64,000 nucleotides of DNA from Octopus vulgaris (GCA_951406725.2 OX597818.1:36208001-36272000); one strand, 5' to 3'; counted from the first letter of the stretch, positions 1 through 15,499 are shown. Made by a program: numbers and translations. Notes: generated from the letters alone by a model not told the origin.

Positions 1-136
1 CTTTAGATTATCATCATACGCATAGAGAGAAATATTCAGAAGCAATCATGAAATGCACAGACACACAAACTCAAGCATACAGAAAAACACATATACACTA
101 GACAATATGTGTGCGTGTGTGTGTGTGTGAGTATAG

Positions 137-303
137 AGGCAAGCGTGGCTGTGTGGTGAGAAGCTTCCTTCCCAACAACATGGTTCCAGGTTCAGTCCCA
201 CTGCGTGGCATTTTGAGCAAGTGACTTCCGCTATATCCTCCAGCTGACCAAAGTCTTGTGAGTGGGTCTGATAGACGGAATCTGAAAGAAAGAAGACCGT
301 CGC

Positions 304-357
<54 letters not shown>

Positions 358-660
358 ATGTATATATATATGTATATATATATATGTATATATATATAAT
401 ATATAATATATATATATATTATATATACATATATGTGTGCGTGTGTGTGTGTATTTGTGTATGTGTGTGTGTGTGTCCCCCTCCCCAACATCGCTTGACA
501 ACCGATGCTGGTGTGTTTACGACACCGTAACTTAGCGGTTCGGCAAGAGACCGATACAATAAGTACTACGCTTACAAAGAATAAATCCTGGGGTCGATTT
601 CTTCGACTAAAGGCGGTGTTCCAACATGGCCGCAGTCAAATGATTGAAACAAGTAAAAGA
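137..660 (+). mobile_element. tRNA-derived SINE family A (CORE-like), full copy with internal (TA)n/(TG)n
   Basis: A-box-like TGGCTGTGTGG and B-box-like GGTTCAGTCCC head, CORE-like TGAGCAAGTG segment, internal microsatellite, 3' tail GGCCGCAGTCAAATGATTGAAACAAGTAAAAGA; more than 10 copies in the window. Confidence 0.85.
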
Positions 661-821
661 AAATATATACATATATTTATATATAATTAAATGAATAATA
701 ACATACAATGGATAATCGTCATTTCATGACTGCTGTTTCTTAAGTAACTTACCACACAGCCATTCCTGCGCCTAATATTATTAGGAATTGTTTTTAAAAT
801 TTGGTTGTATATTTTGCGAAT

Positions 822-984
822 AGGCGTAGGAGTGGCTGTGTGGTAAGTAGCTTGCTTACCAACCAAATGGTTCTGGGTTCAGTCCCACTGCGTGGCACAT
901 TGGGCAAGTGTTTTCTACTATAGCCTCGGGCCGACCAAAGCCTTATGAGTGGATTTGGTAGACGGAAACTGAAAGAATCCCGTC

Positions 985-1023
<39 letters not shown>

Positions 1024-1221
1024 CGTTTGTATATGTTTGTGTGTCTGTGTTTGGTCCCCCATACACACACAACATCGCTTGACAACCGATGCTGGTGTGT
1101 TTACGTTCCCGTAACTTAGCGGTTCGGCCAAAGTGACCGATAGAATAAGTACTAGGCTTACAAAGAATAAGTCCTGGGGTCGAGTTGCTCGATTATATAT
1201 TTATGACTGAAACAAGTAAAA
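822..1221 (+). mobile_element. SINE family A copy
   Basis: GGCGTAGGAGTGGCTGTGTGGTAAGTAGC head through GAAACAAGTAAAA tail; matches the other copies. Confidence 0.85.
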
Positions 1222-1344
1222 GGGTATAAAGATTATAAACTATAATCTACTGCACAAAAATTACACCAATAAAATCAAATATGAACACCACCCACCATTC
1301 AAGGGTCATGTGAACCCCGGTGGAGACACACTGAACTAGTATCA

Positions 1345-1700
1345 TCCTCATTGTTAATTTGATCACGTATAAAATTCTGTTCCTTGACAATTTCCTTGAA
1401 TTTTGCGCTGTACACTGCTACTGCTTTTCATTCTACTGACTTTTTTTAATATTTTACTCCCGCCAACACTGTCCAGTTTTCTTACTCTTGGCGTATCGTA
1501 AATTGGGTCAATCAGCCACCAAGAAACCAGACAATATTTTCGAATTTAAATTTTTACTTCTGGCTGGACTCATACTCTCAAATAGTCTTGGCTGAAGTCA
1601 TGGTCTAACTGTTCACTTCAATAAAATCCACCCATGCAATATTTCAGCAAAATATTCATATTTCGGCTTCAGCAGACATTTACCATTTCCTCTTTTATTT
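1345..1700 (-). pseudogene. highly decayed pogo/Tigger-like transposase remnant
   Basis: Broken minus-strand translation resembles the pogo 'F..R....GE..S......F..I....DQI.N.D' region; many stops and frameshifts. Confidence 0.3.
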
Positions 1701-4038
1701 TCTTAAACATTAATCTCTAAAAGTTATGTTTTGCATTATGAATCTTGTATAAAGTATACAATTCGACCTTATGTTACTCAGCTCATTTTTATACATTTGC
1801 TTTTCTTCTGTAAATGAAGACATCGCTATGAGGTATATATGATGGGGGAAAATGCTTAAGATATAGATTTATCCGTGCACAGTGTTCATGCTCACTTTTA
1901 AAATGGCGACAGCCGACGTAAACAAATCATGTATTACTAACAACTTTGTTTCTTAACGACTGTTTCTAAAACAGCCGTTTGCTTTGGTTATCCGTTATTC
2001 TGGATGCTATTCTTTCGGAAGTGTTTTGTATTAAGTATTAACATACGAGACGCATCGATATAGAATTTATTAATTAAACAATTAATTAATATGATCAGAA
2101 TAATTACAGTGAAAGAAAATTGTGTAACTCATCTTACCTTTGAGAATTTTGATTTTATGCATCAAAGTTAAGAGAAATGAAACACAATACAATAGTAATA
2201 TATCTATGAATTAAATTACAATCAAAATACTTATAATGAACTGGTGTTAATTTGGACTACTTAATATGAAATAAAACAACTCACATTTATTTACAAAAAA
2301 TATTGAATCCATTTCTGCCATCATAGTGTGTTTCATAGGTGTTGCGTAAGTTATTTCTTATGGGAATCTTTTAAGAAATATCATTGGAAAATGATATATA
2401 CTTTTCCAATATCATTGGAAAATAAAAAAGCAACAACATTAAATGTAAAGTGTATTGACCATCTATATACGACATAGTTTGTTGATTGCTAAATTCACTT
2501 TGAGAAATTACGCGATTTCTTAACATTAGGAAATTCATTGGTAGATTCAATAGAAACATATTCATAACGTTAACATAAGCTAAGCTCTCCTAAGCCTTCC
2601 TTTTCTTCTTTCCATTTCTCGCCCCCTCTCTCTTGTGCAGACAGGGTTTTTTTAAAATCATCCCGAGTTAGAAAGATCAACTGCTTTTATAAAGTTACGA
2701 TCTGTGCTCAGTCAAACTCAATAATCATAATTTGCAATATTAATAAAACTAAAACCAAAACCTCACGCATACGCTTCTTTATGTTCATTTTCTTTGCTCT
2801 GTCATTTCTACAACAATCTTTGCTCTACTGATCGTTCAGGCTCTTCACTCTCTTTGCTCTGCGCTTTTCACTTCTCTTCTTCTCACATAAGTCTAACCCT
2901 ATATATCCCTTCTAACGAAACTCTTCTAACCAAACTCTTATTTTCCCAAGCTACAGCTATACAGGACATTCCAGCAAAAGTTTCCTCAACAGTCATTAAT
3001 ATATATTAGTTTAACCAGATGCATCAACATCACCAGTTTGTGTGGCCTGCAAAGGGAGCGGGTCCAACTTTTCTTCAGAGTAAATAACGAATCTTAATAC
3101 TAGCGCGAATATATAGCTGATGCAATCGGCAAGTTATTTTATGGATTCCAGGAGGATTAAAAGATAAAGTTGACTACGGTGAGAATTGAACTCAAAACAT
3201 AACGAGACGTAGCTAAATACGGCATGATTGTTTTTCAATTACTCCACTGATTTTCCCTGTCTCCAGTCCTACTCGGACTAAATAACAGGTAAGAAAGGAA
3301 AATAAGCGTTAGTTATTTTTTCGTAGTTTCCCAAAATATTTTCCATAATAATAAACATCAAAATTATCATGTGTGAGTTTTCATCAAATCCTTGAATTTC
3401 TACGATTTTGAGTCTATCTCTGAAAGAATTTTGTCATGACCCCCTTCTGAAGATTCAACAGCATTACCCTAAAATTTGAAAACTTCCTATCTATATAATT
3501 CGTAAATTTTCCAAATATACACAGATATGTGAAATTTCAGTACATCATGAAAAAATGGAGTTCTGCTTAAGATCAAATGTTTTCTCTTGAACTGACACAC
3601 ATCCCGTTTCCCTCAGGAGAAAGTATAGTCGATTAAACCAAATTCAGCGAAATCAGAGCTTAGATTTAAGGTGCATGAAACAAAATACTGTAGATTCTTT
3701 CGTCGCGTCTTTTATAACATCTTTCAACGTCTCTTTTTGCGTTGTCATCCATTCATTTGGATTATGCAAAAAGATTAACATTTACGAAGTAGAAGACATC
3801 GTCCATGTTACATTTTTTTTTTTACTCAAGGTCGCTAAGAAAACGTTAGTACTTTAAAATAGATTCTGTAAGGAATTAAAATTTGAGAGTGAACACGTGT
3901 TCAGAAGTTTAAATTTCTGATCTACACCGATTAGTACATTTCTAATAAACATATTACCAAAAATATTCCATCTCATTTCGTCACGTATTGTTGGCCTTCT
4001 GTAACAAACACATACACACTCACTCATTCACTCACACA

Positions 4039-4161
<123 letters not shown>

Positions 4162-4193
4162 TCATACACATATGCACACACACACACACACGC

Positions 4194-4234
<41 letters not shown>

Positions 4235-4695
4235 TATATGCATCTATGTATATCTGAATATATGTAAGTATGTATGTATGCCAATGTTACTTTCGTGTAT
4301 ACAGTCAAAATATGTCATTGACAGGTATTAATTTACTTTTTTTTAAAACACATTTTCGGCATAATTCAAAACGGAATCGTTCACAGAGATTATTTTGCGT
4401 AATCCAACATATCTCGTTGGAGTTTTCACTGATTAGATACAAAATCTCAACACGCATCGAAATTCTCCCTCATTTTCTCTCTTTCAGTTTATTTATTTAT
4501 TTATTTATTTATTTATTATTATTATTATTTTTTTTTTTTGCGCGGTGTCGCTTTGCCTACTTTCCATATTGCCAGTACGTATACGGTAAGAGGAAAGGGC
4601 GGAGTAGCTGTGATGGATGTTCAATAAAGTATAAAGAAAAAAAAAGATGATTTGTAACATCTTTCTTAATTCAATTTCTTTGATTCCAGATTTAA

Positions 4696-4754
<59 letters not shown>

Positions 4755-4801
4755 AAATAATAATAATGATGGTGACGATGATAATAATAATAGTAATAAT
4801 A

Positions 4802-4847
<46 letters not shown>

Positions 4848-4897
4848 TAATAATAATAATAATAATAATGGCAATAATAATAATAATAATAGTAGTA

Positions 4898-4943
<46 letters not shown>

Positions 4944-4950
4944 CAATAAT
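4696..4950. repeat. (AAT)n microsatellite
   Basis: About 250 bp of mostly AAT units; source of the poly-L and poly-I ORFs. Confidence 0.95.
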
Positions 4951-5098
4951 AATCTTCAGCTGACCCCCAACTGATTATTCCATTATCTTTTGGGGTGTTA
5001 TTCGTTTGTTTTTTAGCCCTAGTAATAATATTTCGTTTAAAATTCCAGTATGAAACACATTTATCGTTAGTAACAAGACTCTAACCTCCTAAAGAATG

Positions 5099-5195
<97 letters not shown>

Positions 5196-5774
5196 GTACG
5201 TATGTATGTATGTATTTATGTATGTATGTATGTATTATGTATGTGTGTGTTTGTGTATGTGCCAGTATGTATGTTATTTATATATATATATATTTATACA
5301 TACATACATGCATACATACATACATACATACATACATACATACATACATACATACATACATACATACATACATACATACATACATACTTTTTCAATCTTC
5401 TTCGGTTCTGCTTGACAATTTGATAGGTTCCTGGGTTAAGATGTAAGAAAAAAAATGAATGTATAAATAAACCAAAATTAAATAGATATAAAAATATATA
5501 AATAAAAGAATTTTTTTATTTACTTTATTTTCTATTCTAGTTTCACCAAAGCGTTTAAAAAGTTGGGTGACATAAGCTAGGAAGAATCTTTAGAAAAGTA
5601 ATTCTAAAATACAAAAACCATGCAAAAAAGCAAAAAAAAAAAAGACAGAAATAAATACATAAATAAATATATAAATAAATAAACTATATTAACGCTGCTA
5701 TTTTCTTTTCTGTATTTCTTTCTTATCTTGATTTTTTTTATTATTTTGTTTTGTTTTTGTTATTTTACTTTGTT

Positions 5775-5930
5775 TTATTGTTGCAAAATTATAGTCTTTA
5801 GATAATCTATTGCCTTTTCCATATTAAATCGCTTGTGGGGAAGCTGTAAATTGCGATCTTGAAGAATTTTAGAATATTCTTGCTCAACACGATCCAGTTT
5901 TGCTGCAGCAGTTTCTCTATATAATGCCAT
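5775..5930 (-). CDS. candidate small ORF or terminal exon (MALYRETAAAKLDRVEQEYSKILQDRNLQLPHKRFNMEKAIDYLKTIILQQ)
   Basis: Non-repetitive, protein-like helical 51-aa stretch; ATG in AATATGG context; in frame with an upstream unique segment 6069-6151 that follows a pyrimidine-rich AG acceptor; no family recognised. Confidence 0.35.
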   Translation of the reverse strand: MALYRETAAAKLDRVEQEYSKILQDRNLQLPHKRFNMEKAIDYLKTIILQQ

Positions 5931-5945
5931 ATTGTTAATTTTTTC

Positions 5946-5987
<42 letters not shown>

Positions 5988-5998
5988 TACACACACAC

Positions 5999-6038
<40 letters not shown>

Positions 6039-6606
6039 ACACACATATACACAAACACATACACACACATCATCTCCTATACACATACTACCAGAAGTAC
6101 GTCCGGGTTTGCTCTCTCGCAAATATGCTATTTTACTGTTTTGATGTCCCTCTGAATGTAAACACAAAGAAATTTCATACATACACACATGGATTTTTCT
6201 CACTGATTCTCTATGCCTTACTCTCTCCATCTCTCTATCTCAGTCTAATTGTCTCTCTTTCTCTTTCAGTCTTTTTTTTTACCACATTGTGGGGAGGAGG
6301 AGATGGTGTTTTTTTAAAAAAATGAATATGAATGTATGTATATAAAGTGTGCAGTATCATTTTCTATGCATAAACAGAGAAAAACAGACGTACATGCATG
6401 CTCACGCATATGTGTGTGTGTGTGTGTGTGTGTATGTGTTCACATTTTCTTGTGTTATTAGGTTGTGAAACAAACTGCATGTTAATTCGCTACACGCTCA
6501 TAAACTGACCTGCATTCATCCATCTATTAACACACACACACACACACATACATGCATACACACGCACACACACACATACACTTGCATGAACACGTATACA
6601 TACCAA

Positions 6607-6649
<43 letters not shown>

Positions 6650-6856
6650 GTTTACATACATATATATACAACTAGATATATAATATGCATGTACACATAT
6701 ATACATATATATCTATGTATATATATGCATGCATATATATATATATACACACATACATGTACAAACATATATGCATACATACATTCACACACATATATAT
6801 GTATACATACATATATATGCATACATACATATATTCATACATACATACAAACATAT

Positions 6857-6924
<68 letters not shown>

Positions 6925-8802
6925 TGCGTTTAGATTAACCCGTTGGAATATAGGCTGTGAAAATATTTGCGCATAAAATAGCTGAGTGAATTTATATGCA
7001 AATAGAGGAATGTGTTCTTTGAGGAAACTTGTTAATATAATGTCGGTACAATTGGTGATGCGCATACACAGAAATCCGCTGCAACAGAATAATTGAATGG
7101 TAATTCTGTCAAAGAAATATTAATATTTTATAAAGCTAAGTGACAATTTTTGAATTGAGGTTTAAAAAGAGAGCCAATCCCTATATTAATTGACTTTACA
7201 AAACTCAAATATATTCTAATTTATTTACTAAACAATCTAACAATAATTTTACCGTGACATTCAACTCCGAGGTGGGAAATATAAAGTGAATTGCCATTAT
7301 TACATGTCTTGTTGATGTTTTTTGTGTTGTTTGTGTTGTTGCTTTTTATGTTGGGTACTGTGTAGGTTAGGCTTCATTTTTTATGTATTTTTTGCCAGCA
7401 GTACCTCTATAATAATCACTGATTTCTTGCATTCACACTGCTATTTTCCTTTCTTTGCATAAAACCTCACTAAACTAAATTAAAAGCAACCATTAAGTTA
7501 GTGTTAATATATATGGAATATATTAAAATAATATGTGTGAATAACTATGCAAAGATTAAATGAATAATAAAATATTATTCAAAAATTAATATTTTTTCTT
7601 CACTATTATTTCTGGTGTTGAAACTAGGGGGAACAATTCTGGACATGTTTATGTTTTACTATAACCTCATCAGTGAAATAAAGTCTTCGCTGCATGGTTG
7701 AATAGACTGTTACTCAACTGGTACTTATTTCATCACTTCTGTTAGACAAAGTCCAACCCAGTAGGATTTAAACTTAGAAGTGAAAGACAGGAGCTATGTA
7801 CTACAAGACATTTATTCCGGCAGTATAGCTATTTCGACATCCATTGTCCTCACAATGACAACATGGATTACTGTCATAAGAAAAAGACTGCAAATTTCAG
7901 CCTGATTGTTTGTAGCAGATTTTGGCCCTCTCCAGACGGTGTCAAAGTCAAAATCTAGGAGTACTTGAATCCAACACAGAAAGGGATATAATTTAGTACC
8001 TTAATGCTTCGATCTTGAAATTGAGCATGAATTTAGATTTGGACATCAATTTTAAACATGACATAAACCTATAAACAAGGTTCAAAAACACTCACACTGT
8101 TCTAAGTGATTTTGTTTACAACATAGTAACATTAAGATCCTTCTGGTTACTTATAATCTGCGTGTTGTTCTGTTTCTTTTACAGCGCGGAATTCATGGTA
8201 AGATTAGCATAGACAGTGCATCTCTGAGAATAAAATGAGCTTATGAAAATTAATCTCCATCCTCTATAAAGCAAGGAAAATATTCGAAACTTATTTTAGG
8301 AAAAACATTAGTGCCATCGACACCGGAGATGACTGTAAATCGCCAAACTGCGCATTCCACAATCCAAGTATCAAATAATGATTTCTGTTTAAGCATAAGT
8401 CCAGCAATTTTGCCTGGAGATTTAATCTATACGATCAACTCTAGTACTTAATTGGCACATTATTTTATTGATCCTCAAAGAATGACATGCAAAGTTGACC
8501 TTTCCTATATTTGAACTCAGAATTCAAAGAACCTGAAGTATTGCCGTAAAATTATTTGTTTCTATATTTTTACCATTTCGCCAGATTGCTCTTCTCATAC
8601 GCTCTAATAATTCATTCTAATTCTGGTACAAAAGCAGCAATCATGAGAGGAGGGCGAAGTCGATTACATCGACACCTGAACTCAAGGAACAAATGCGAAG
8701 TCGATCTCGTTGGCATTCGAACTCAGAAGGTAAAATGCCGAAAGAAATGCCACTAAACAATTTATCCGTCACAGTCGTCAAGTTCTAATAATGATAATCA
8801 TA

Positions 8803-9016
8803 AGGCGGCGAGCTGGCAGAAACGTTAGCACACCGGGCGAAATGCTTAGCGGTAATTCATGTCTTTACGTTCTGAGTTCAAATTCTGCTGAGGTCGACTT
8901 TGCCTTTCATTCTTTCGGAGTCGATAAAATTAAGTACCAGTTGCGTACTGGGGCCGATCTAATCGACTGGCCCGCTCCCCCCAAATTTCGGGTATTGTAC
9001 CAAGAGTAGAAAAGAA
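8803..9016 (+). mobile_element. SINE family B monomer with tail type 2
   Basis: GGCGGCGAGCTGGCAGAAACGTTAGC head, GAGTTCAAATTC B-box, GCCTTTCATTCTTTCGGAGTCGATAAAATTAAGTACCAG central domain, AGAGTAGAAAAGAATA tail. Confidence 0.85.
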
Positions 9017-9141
9017 TAATGATAATCATAACTGCTTCCTGTATAGGCACAATTTCATTCGTTTCGAAGCACGACAGGTTTAGTGAACAAGACCCTATTA
9101 CATAACTGGTACTTATCGCTCGCGCTTGAATGAAACTCATC

Positions 9142-9655
9142 GGGGTTAATGCAGAACCGCACCTCTCCTCGAAAAATGCATTTTTTAAAAAATATTTTGT
9201 CGGATTCCTACGTTTCAGATGTCGGAGATTACGAATATTCGGATAGGGATAAATAGATAGACAGATAAATAAATAAATGGATGGAAAAGTTCAAAATTTA
9301 AAATTGGGGGAAGAGATGAAATTTGAACTCCTTATTAAACTTTATAACATTAATGTTTGTTTCTCATAAATTGGTGTATATTTAATTTACATTCAATTAT
9401 TATTTATGATTATTTAAGGCAAACTAGTAAAACACAAATTCTTTTTACTTTAATGTTTTTGTATGTATTTAATTTCGATTTTCATTTGTTCGTCAATTCG
9501 CTACGATCTCTTTAAAGTAAATAAAATCAAAAATTTTAATTGGAGGGGGGGGGGGTTAGATTCGTAATCTCCGACATCAAAAATGAAGGAATCCGAAAAA
9601 ATTGTTTTTAAAAAAATGCATATTTCAAGGAGCGCCGCGAAACTGCATTAGCCCC
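9142..9655. mobile_element. MITE, Merlin-like (GG termini, 8-bp TSD)
   Basis: About 95-bp imperfect TIRs GGGGTTAATGCAG.../...CTGCATTAGCCCC; flanks AACTCATC and AACTCTTC. Confidence 0.75.
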
Positions 9656-10201
9656 AACTCTTCGTTAAAAATTAGAATTGAAAGGAATATATTTTAATCT
9701 AAATATATTTTGCTTACGTCACTTCAGCCTGTAATTATATGAAAATATTACATATTTACAACTTCGAAATGCTGCTATGAGGAGAACTGTCTATTGAATC
9801 GAAAACAAAAGTTATTGGTACTTGTGTAATCCATAATAAAGAATTTACAAGTCTGACGATTCTATCCTGTAACGTTAAATAAATTTGAGAAATTATTATA
9901 ACACGGCACATATAATTCGATGACTCTGTACAGGTTTTGTCAATGGGGCAACTGAAACAGCAATAGTGATTTTTACGATGCTGATAATTTCGCACGCAAA
10001 TATCGTTTCCAGTATAAGTAGATGTTCAACTGTACACGTCTGTTAATTAGCTCTGCCTCAAGATATTGAGTACTATTATGACGTTAGTATTTAAGTATCA
10101 ATAAAATCATCTAGCAATGAATACTGCAATTTCTTATATACATGTAATAGATACAATATATGTGTGTGTGTGTGTGTGTGCGTTTGTGTGTGTGTGTGTG
10201 T

Positions 10202-10274
<73 letters not shown>

Positions 10275-10282
10275 TACATATA

Positions 10283-10730
<448 letters not shown>

Positions 10731-11261
10731 ACACGTACATACATGTGTGGGTGTAGGGGTGTGTGTGTGCATGTACAGAAATATAGGCATATTACGAAAA
10801 TTCTGTTCACAATATATTAGTCCATCCTATCTCATGCTAGACTACACTTGTCAAAGGTGACATGCAGTGAGATTGAAACAGGAAGCTCATAGTTGAAAGA
10901 AAATGTCCTCAATCACCTTGCCAAGTGCAGTATAAAAAAATAGCTTTATGCTAAACGATAATCAGATGAAATAAGTAACACGTGGTTAGTCTCGAACTAG
11001 TGTTCCTATGCTGCCACAGTATATATCCATATATTAGTCAACCCTATTGCTCTAAGAAGCGCCTGATAATCAGTCAAACTGACCACTGAAATCGATATAC
11101 ATTAGTAGTCACCAATGAAACGGAGAGAGAGATAATCAATGATAAAAAAAATCAACCTGACCTCTCAGCTATAGAGGTATATTCAATGAGAGATCCAAAT
11201 TGATCGTTAGCTGTAGTCAATGATGAACTCATCAAAATATTAGGGAGATTTATATTCACAT

Positions 11262-11311
<50 letters not shown>

Positions 11312-11332
11312 TATATACATATATATATATAT

Positions 11333-11383
<51 letters not shown>

Positions 11384-11387
11384 ATGC

Positions 11388-11454
<67 letters not shown>

Positions 11455-11549
11455 TACATACATACATATATATACATATATATATATACACATGAATATA
11501 TATATGTATATATATATGTATGTATGTATACATGCATGTATATACACAC

Positions 11550-11611
<62 letters not shown>

Positions 11612-11644
11612 TATATATATATATAAGCATATATACATATACAT

Positions 11645-12011
11645 GCACAAGTCAAGTTTTGCAACACTCTACGTCACTTATGAAAAATGACATCACTTAA
11701 ATGGCAGCCATTTTCGACTTCGCACGAAATAGGAGTAATAAAATTAATAAAGGCACAAAACAGGTAGTAATAAACAGTCCAATAACTGATGAGGAGTTAT
11801 TTTCTTTTGGTATTTTGTCCTGTATTTTTCTATCGTGTGTTTATGTATTTTGCACTTGTTGGTGTCCTGTAGTCAATGTATATTTTAAAAAAAATTTATT
11901 TATTCAGCGCCACGCAGCATTTGACCACAGTATATATATATATATGGCTGCCATTTAATCGATGTTATTTTTCATATGTGATGTGGAAGTGTTTCAAAAC
12001 TTGACTTGTGC
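11645..12011. repeat. inverted-repeat element (about 65-bp arms) with truncated HHR core inside
   Basis: GCACAAGTCAAGTTTTG...TTAAATGGCAGCCAT mirrored by ATGGCTGCCATTTAA...CAAAACTTGACTTGTGC; internal AATAA-CTGATGA at 11786. Confidence 0.65.
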
Positions 12012-12126
12012 GCATTGATTTCCATTATGATGCCCTTTATATTGTATCAAAATTTCATGCATTTATTTGTAATCTTAAGGAAGTTATTAAAAATTTAAAC
12101 CCATCAGTCACTTCTGGGACATACTG

Positions 12127-12239
<113 letters not shown>

Positions 12240-12295
12240 TATATATATACATATATATATACATACATACATACATACATACATACATACATACA

Positions 12296-12326
<31 letters not shown>

Positions 12327-13379
12327 GCGTTCTAGTAATGCAGCAGTTCGGCAAAAGGCATCGATGGAGTAAGTAACAGGCTTAAAAGGAGTAGTTACTG
12401 GGGTCGATTCGTTCGACTAAAATTCCTCAAGACGGCACCCCAGAATGGTCGCGGTCTAATGACTGAAAGAAGTAAAAGTTAAAAGACACAACCACATACA
12501 CACACACACACATACACATACACACACAGGTGTGGAGTAAGCTTGTGTAAAATATTTGTTGTTGCTTTTGTTTTTTGACACCTAACAAGAGATGATGAAA
12601 TGGTGCTATGGTTTCCACTTCTCGTCACAGTTTGCCAAAAATCTAAAATATGTAATGTTTCTCGTCTTTTCTCTAAAACGACAAGGCGTGAACTGGGAGA
12701 AAATTGGACACTTTTTGTACCAAACTGAGCCACGGCGTAAATAATACTTTTTATCGTTTATGTTGTTCTGAGTTCAAATTTCGCCGAGGTCGACTTTGCC
12801 TTTCAACCTTTCAGGATCGTTAAATTAAGTACCAGTTGCGTACTGAGGTTGATCTAATCGAATGGCCCCCTCCCCTTGTGCCTAGAGTAGAAAAGAATTT
12901 TTTTTTTTTCGTATTAAGTGTGTCGCTCATTGGCTCAAGTAGTGTCTCATTGTTTACACAATGTACACATAGACTGAATTATTAGGGACGTTCTATGACA
13001 TTTAGTGTATGAAAAACAAATATCCCTTGGTATAAATCGCCTGCTCTTTATGTTTCTAAATCTCTTTAGATTTGGTGTTTATCTTGCAACAGTTTGTGGA
13101 AGGATGAATTCCATTTATTATTCAGTATGGCCACGAAATATTCTGTCACGAAACTTAACTCACGATCACATCTGATAGTCTAATGTTTTAACCAATTCAC
13201 AATTCCGCTTTGTCAGTCAACAAGAAGTAGAAACCATTACCTGAAGCAGAAGTCTGTACTGAAAAAAGAGATGATACAAGAGTTGGGGGGTCAAGCATTT
13301 TGTTGACCATCTTCTTGACCATTTCATTTACTCATCTTCCGCGAATTTTTGGAATCATATTTGACATACGAATATTATT

Positions 13380-14138
13380 CTTTTCTACTCTTGGCAGAAA
13401 GCCCGAAATTTTGAGCGAGGGGGTCAGTCGCTTAGATCGACCCAGCAACTATACTTAATTTATAGACCCCGAAAGGATGAAAGGCAAAGTCGACCTCGGC
13501 GGAATTTGAACTTAGAACGTAAAGGTAGACGAAACACCTATTTCTTTACTACCCACATGGGGCTAAACACACGGAGGATAAACAAGGACAGACAAACGGA
13601 TTAAGTCAATTATGTCGACTCCAGTGCGTAACTGGTACTTATTTAATCGACCCCGAAAGGATGAAAGGCGAAGTCGACCTCGGTGGAACCCGAACCTAGA
13701 ACGTAGGGGCAGACGAAATACCAATTTCTTTACTACCCATAAGGGGCTAAACACAGAGAGGACAAACAAGGACAGACAAATGGAATTAAGTCGATTATAT
13801 CGACTCCAGTGCGTAACTGGTACTTATTTAATCGATCCCGAAAGGATGAATGGCAAAGTCGACCTTGGTGGAATCCGAACCCAGAACGTAGCGGCAGACG
13901 AACTACCTATTTCTTTACTACTCACAAGGAGCTAAACACAGAGAGGACAAACAAGGACAGACTAACGGATTAAGTCAATTATATCTACTCCAGTGCGTAA
14001 CTGGTACTTATTTAATCGACTCCGAAAGGATGAAAGGCAAAGCCGACCTCAGCGGAATTTGAACTCAGAACGTAGCGGCAGACGAAATACTGCTAAGCAT
14101 TTCGCCCGGCGTGCTAACGATTCTACCAGCTCGCCGCT
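13380..14138 (-). mobile_element. SINE family B tetramer (three tail-1 units plus a terminal tail-2 unit)
   Basis: About 184-bp tandem units with a single complete head at the 14137 end; 20-bp direct repeat TTTGACATACGAATATTATT at 13360-13379 and 14139-14158. Confidence 0.9.
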
Positions 14139-14841
14139 TTTGACATACGAATATTATTATTCACACACGTCATTTTAGCTTTAAATATGAAATAGTTTCT
14201 AAGCTATTTAATTGGCGATCAAGCCAAATGAAACGTAGAGGCAAATGTTTATCCCCCTAGAATGATAAAAGAGTGAACTTACTTCAGCAGCATTTGCGAT
14301 CCACGATGTACAAAGTATGTAACTAAATACCGTAATATACCGCATATTCCCAACATTTTATTAATGTTACCAAGCCACCAAAACATGGTAATATCATCGA
14401 CATTGGCAATGAGAAGTTCATAATCTCTCGGACAGTTTAATATTTAATCATATTTTATATGCTTTAAAACAAATAATTACCATCCTCTTTTCGACATTAA
14501 TTCTTGCATTATTCATAGTTTTATTTTAATTATACGTTTCTTGCAGTTTCATTAAAATTAAAATTAACAGTATGAGTGATTTAAATTTACACGTTATGGT
14601 ATTTTATGTATGCATGCATATATATATGCACTCACCATTCCTTCGGTGTTCTGCTTCGTTATAACCAGAAATGGCTCTGACAAAAGTAGCATTAATTTTT
14701 GTAGGTCGTTCAATTTTTCTCAACTGACCAATAGACCGTTTGAGTAAACCTATCTGTAATGTACCTATAATGACTACTGGAAACAACTGTAAGCCAGATT
14801 TGCTTTAATAAAGAAATATTATGTATTGACTATTATTTATA

Positions 14842-14872
<31 letters not shown>

Positions 14873-15077
14873 AGGGGGCATTATTACACATAAATGCCGC
14901 ACGCTAGGAGGGACTCTTAAAGTCAAAACTACCAAAATAAACATATTGTACCGAATGCCCTCTATATAATATAAATAAATATATTCAAGTGGAAAAAAAT
15001 TTACAGATTTTTTTTCTTTATGAGGTTTTCCACGCTAACTACTTGATAATTTCTTATGAAGATTTTATCCTATTTTT

Positions 15078-15190
<113 letters not shown>

Positions 15191-15271
15191 GTATGTATAT
15201 ATATATATATATATGTATGTATATATATATATATATATATATATGTATGCATATATATGTATATATGTATG

Positions 15272-15377
<106 letters not shown>

Positions 15378-15499
15378 TATAAATGTGTGTGTATGCATGC
15401 ATGTATCCACGAATTACGTATGAATGTATAAACATGTAGTTATACAAGACTCATCCCATTTTCTGCTTCCATAAGTGGTGGCGAAAGTCGAGCAGCTAA

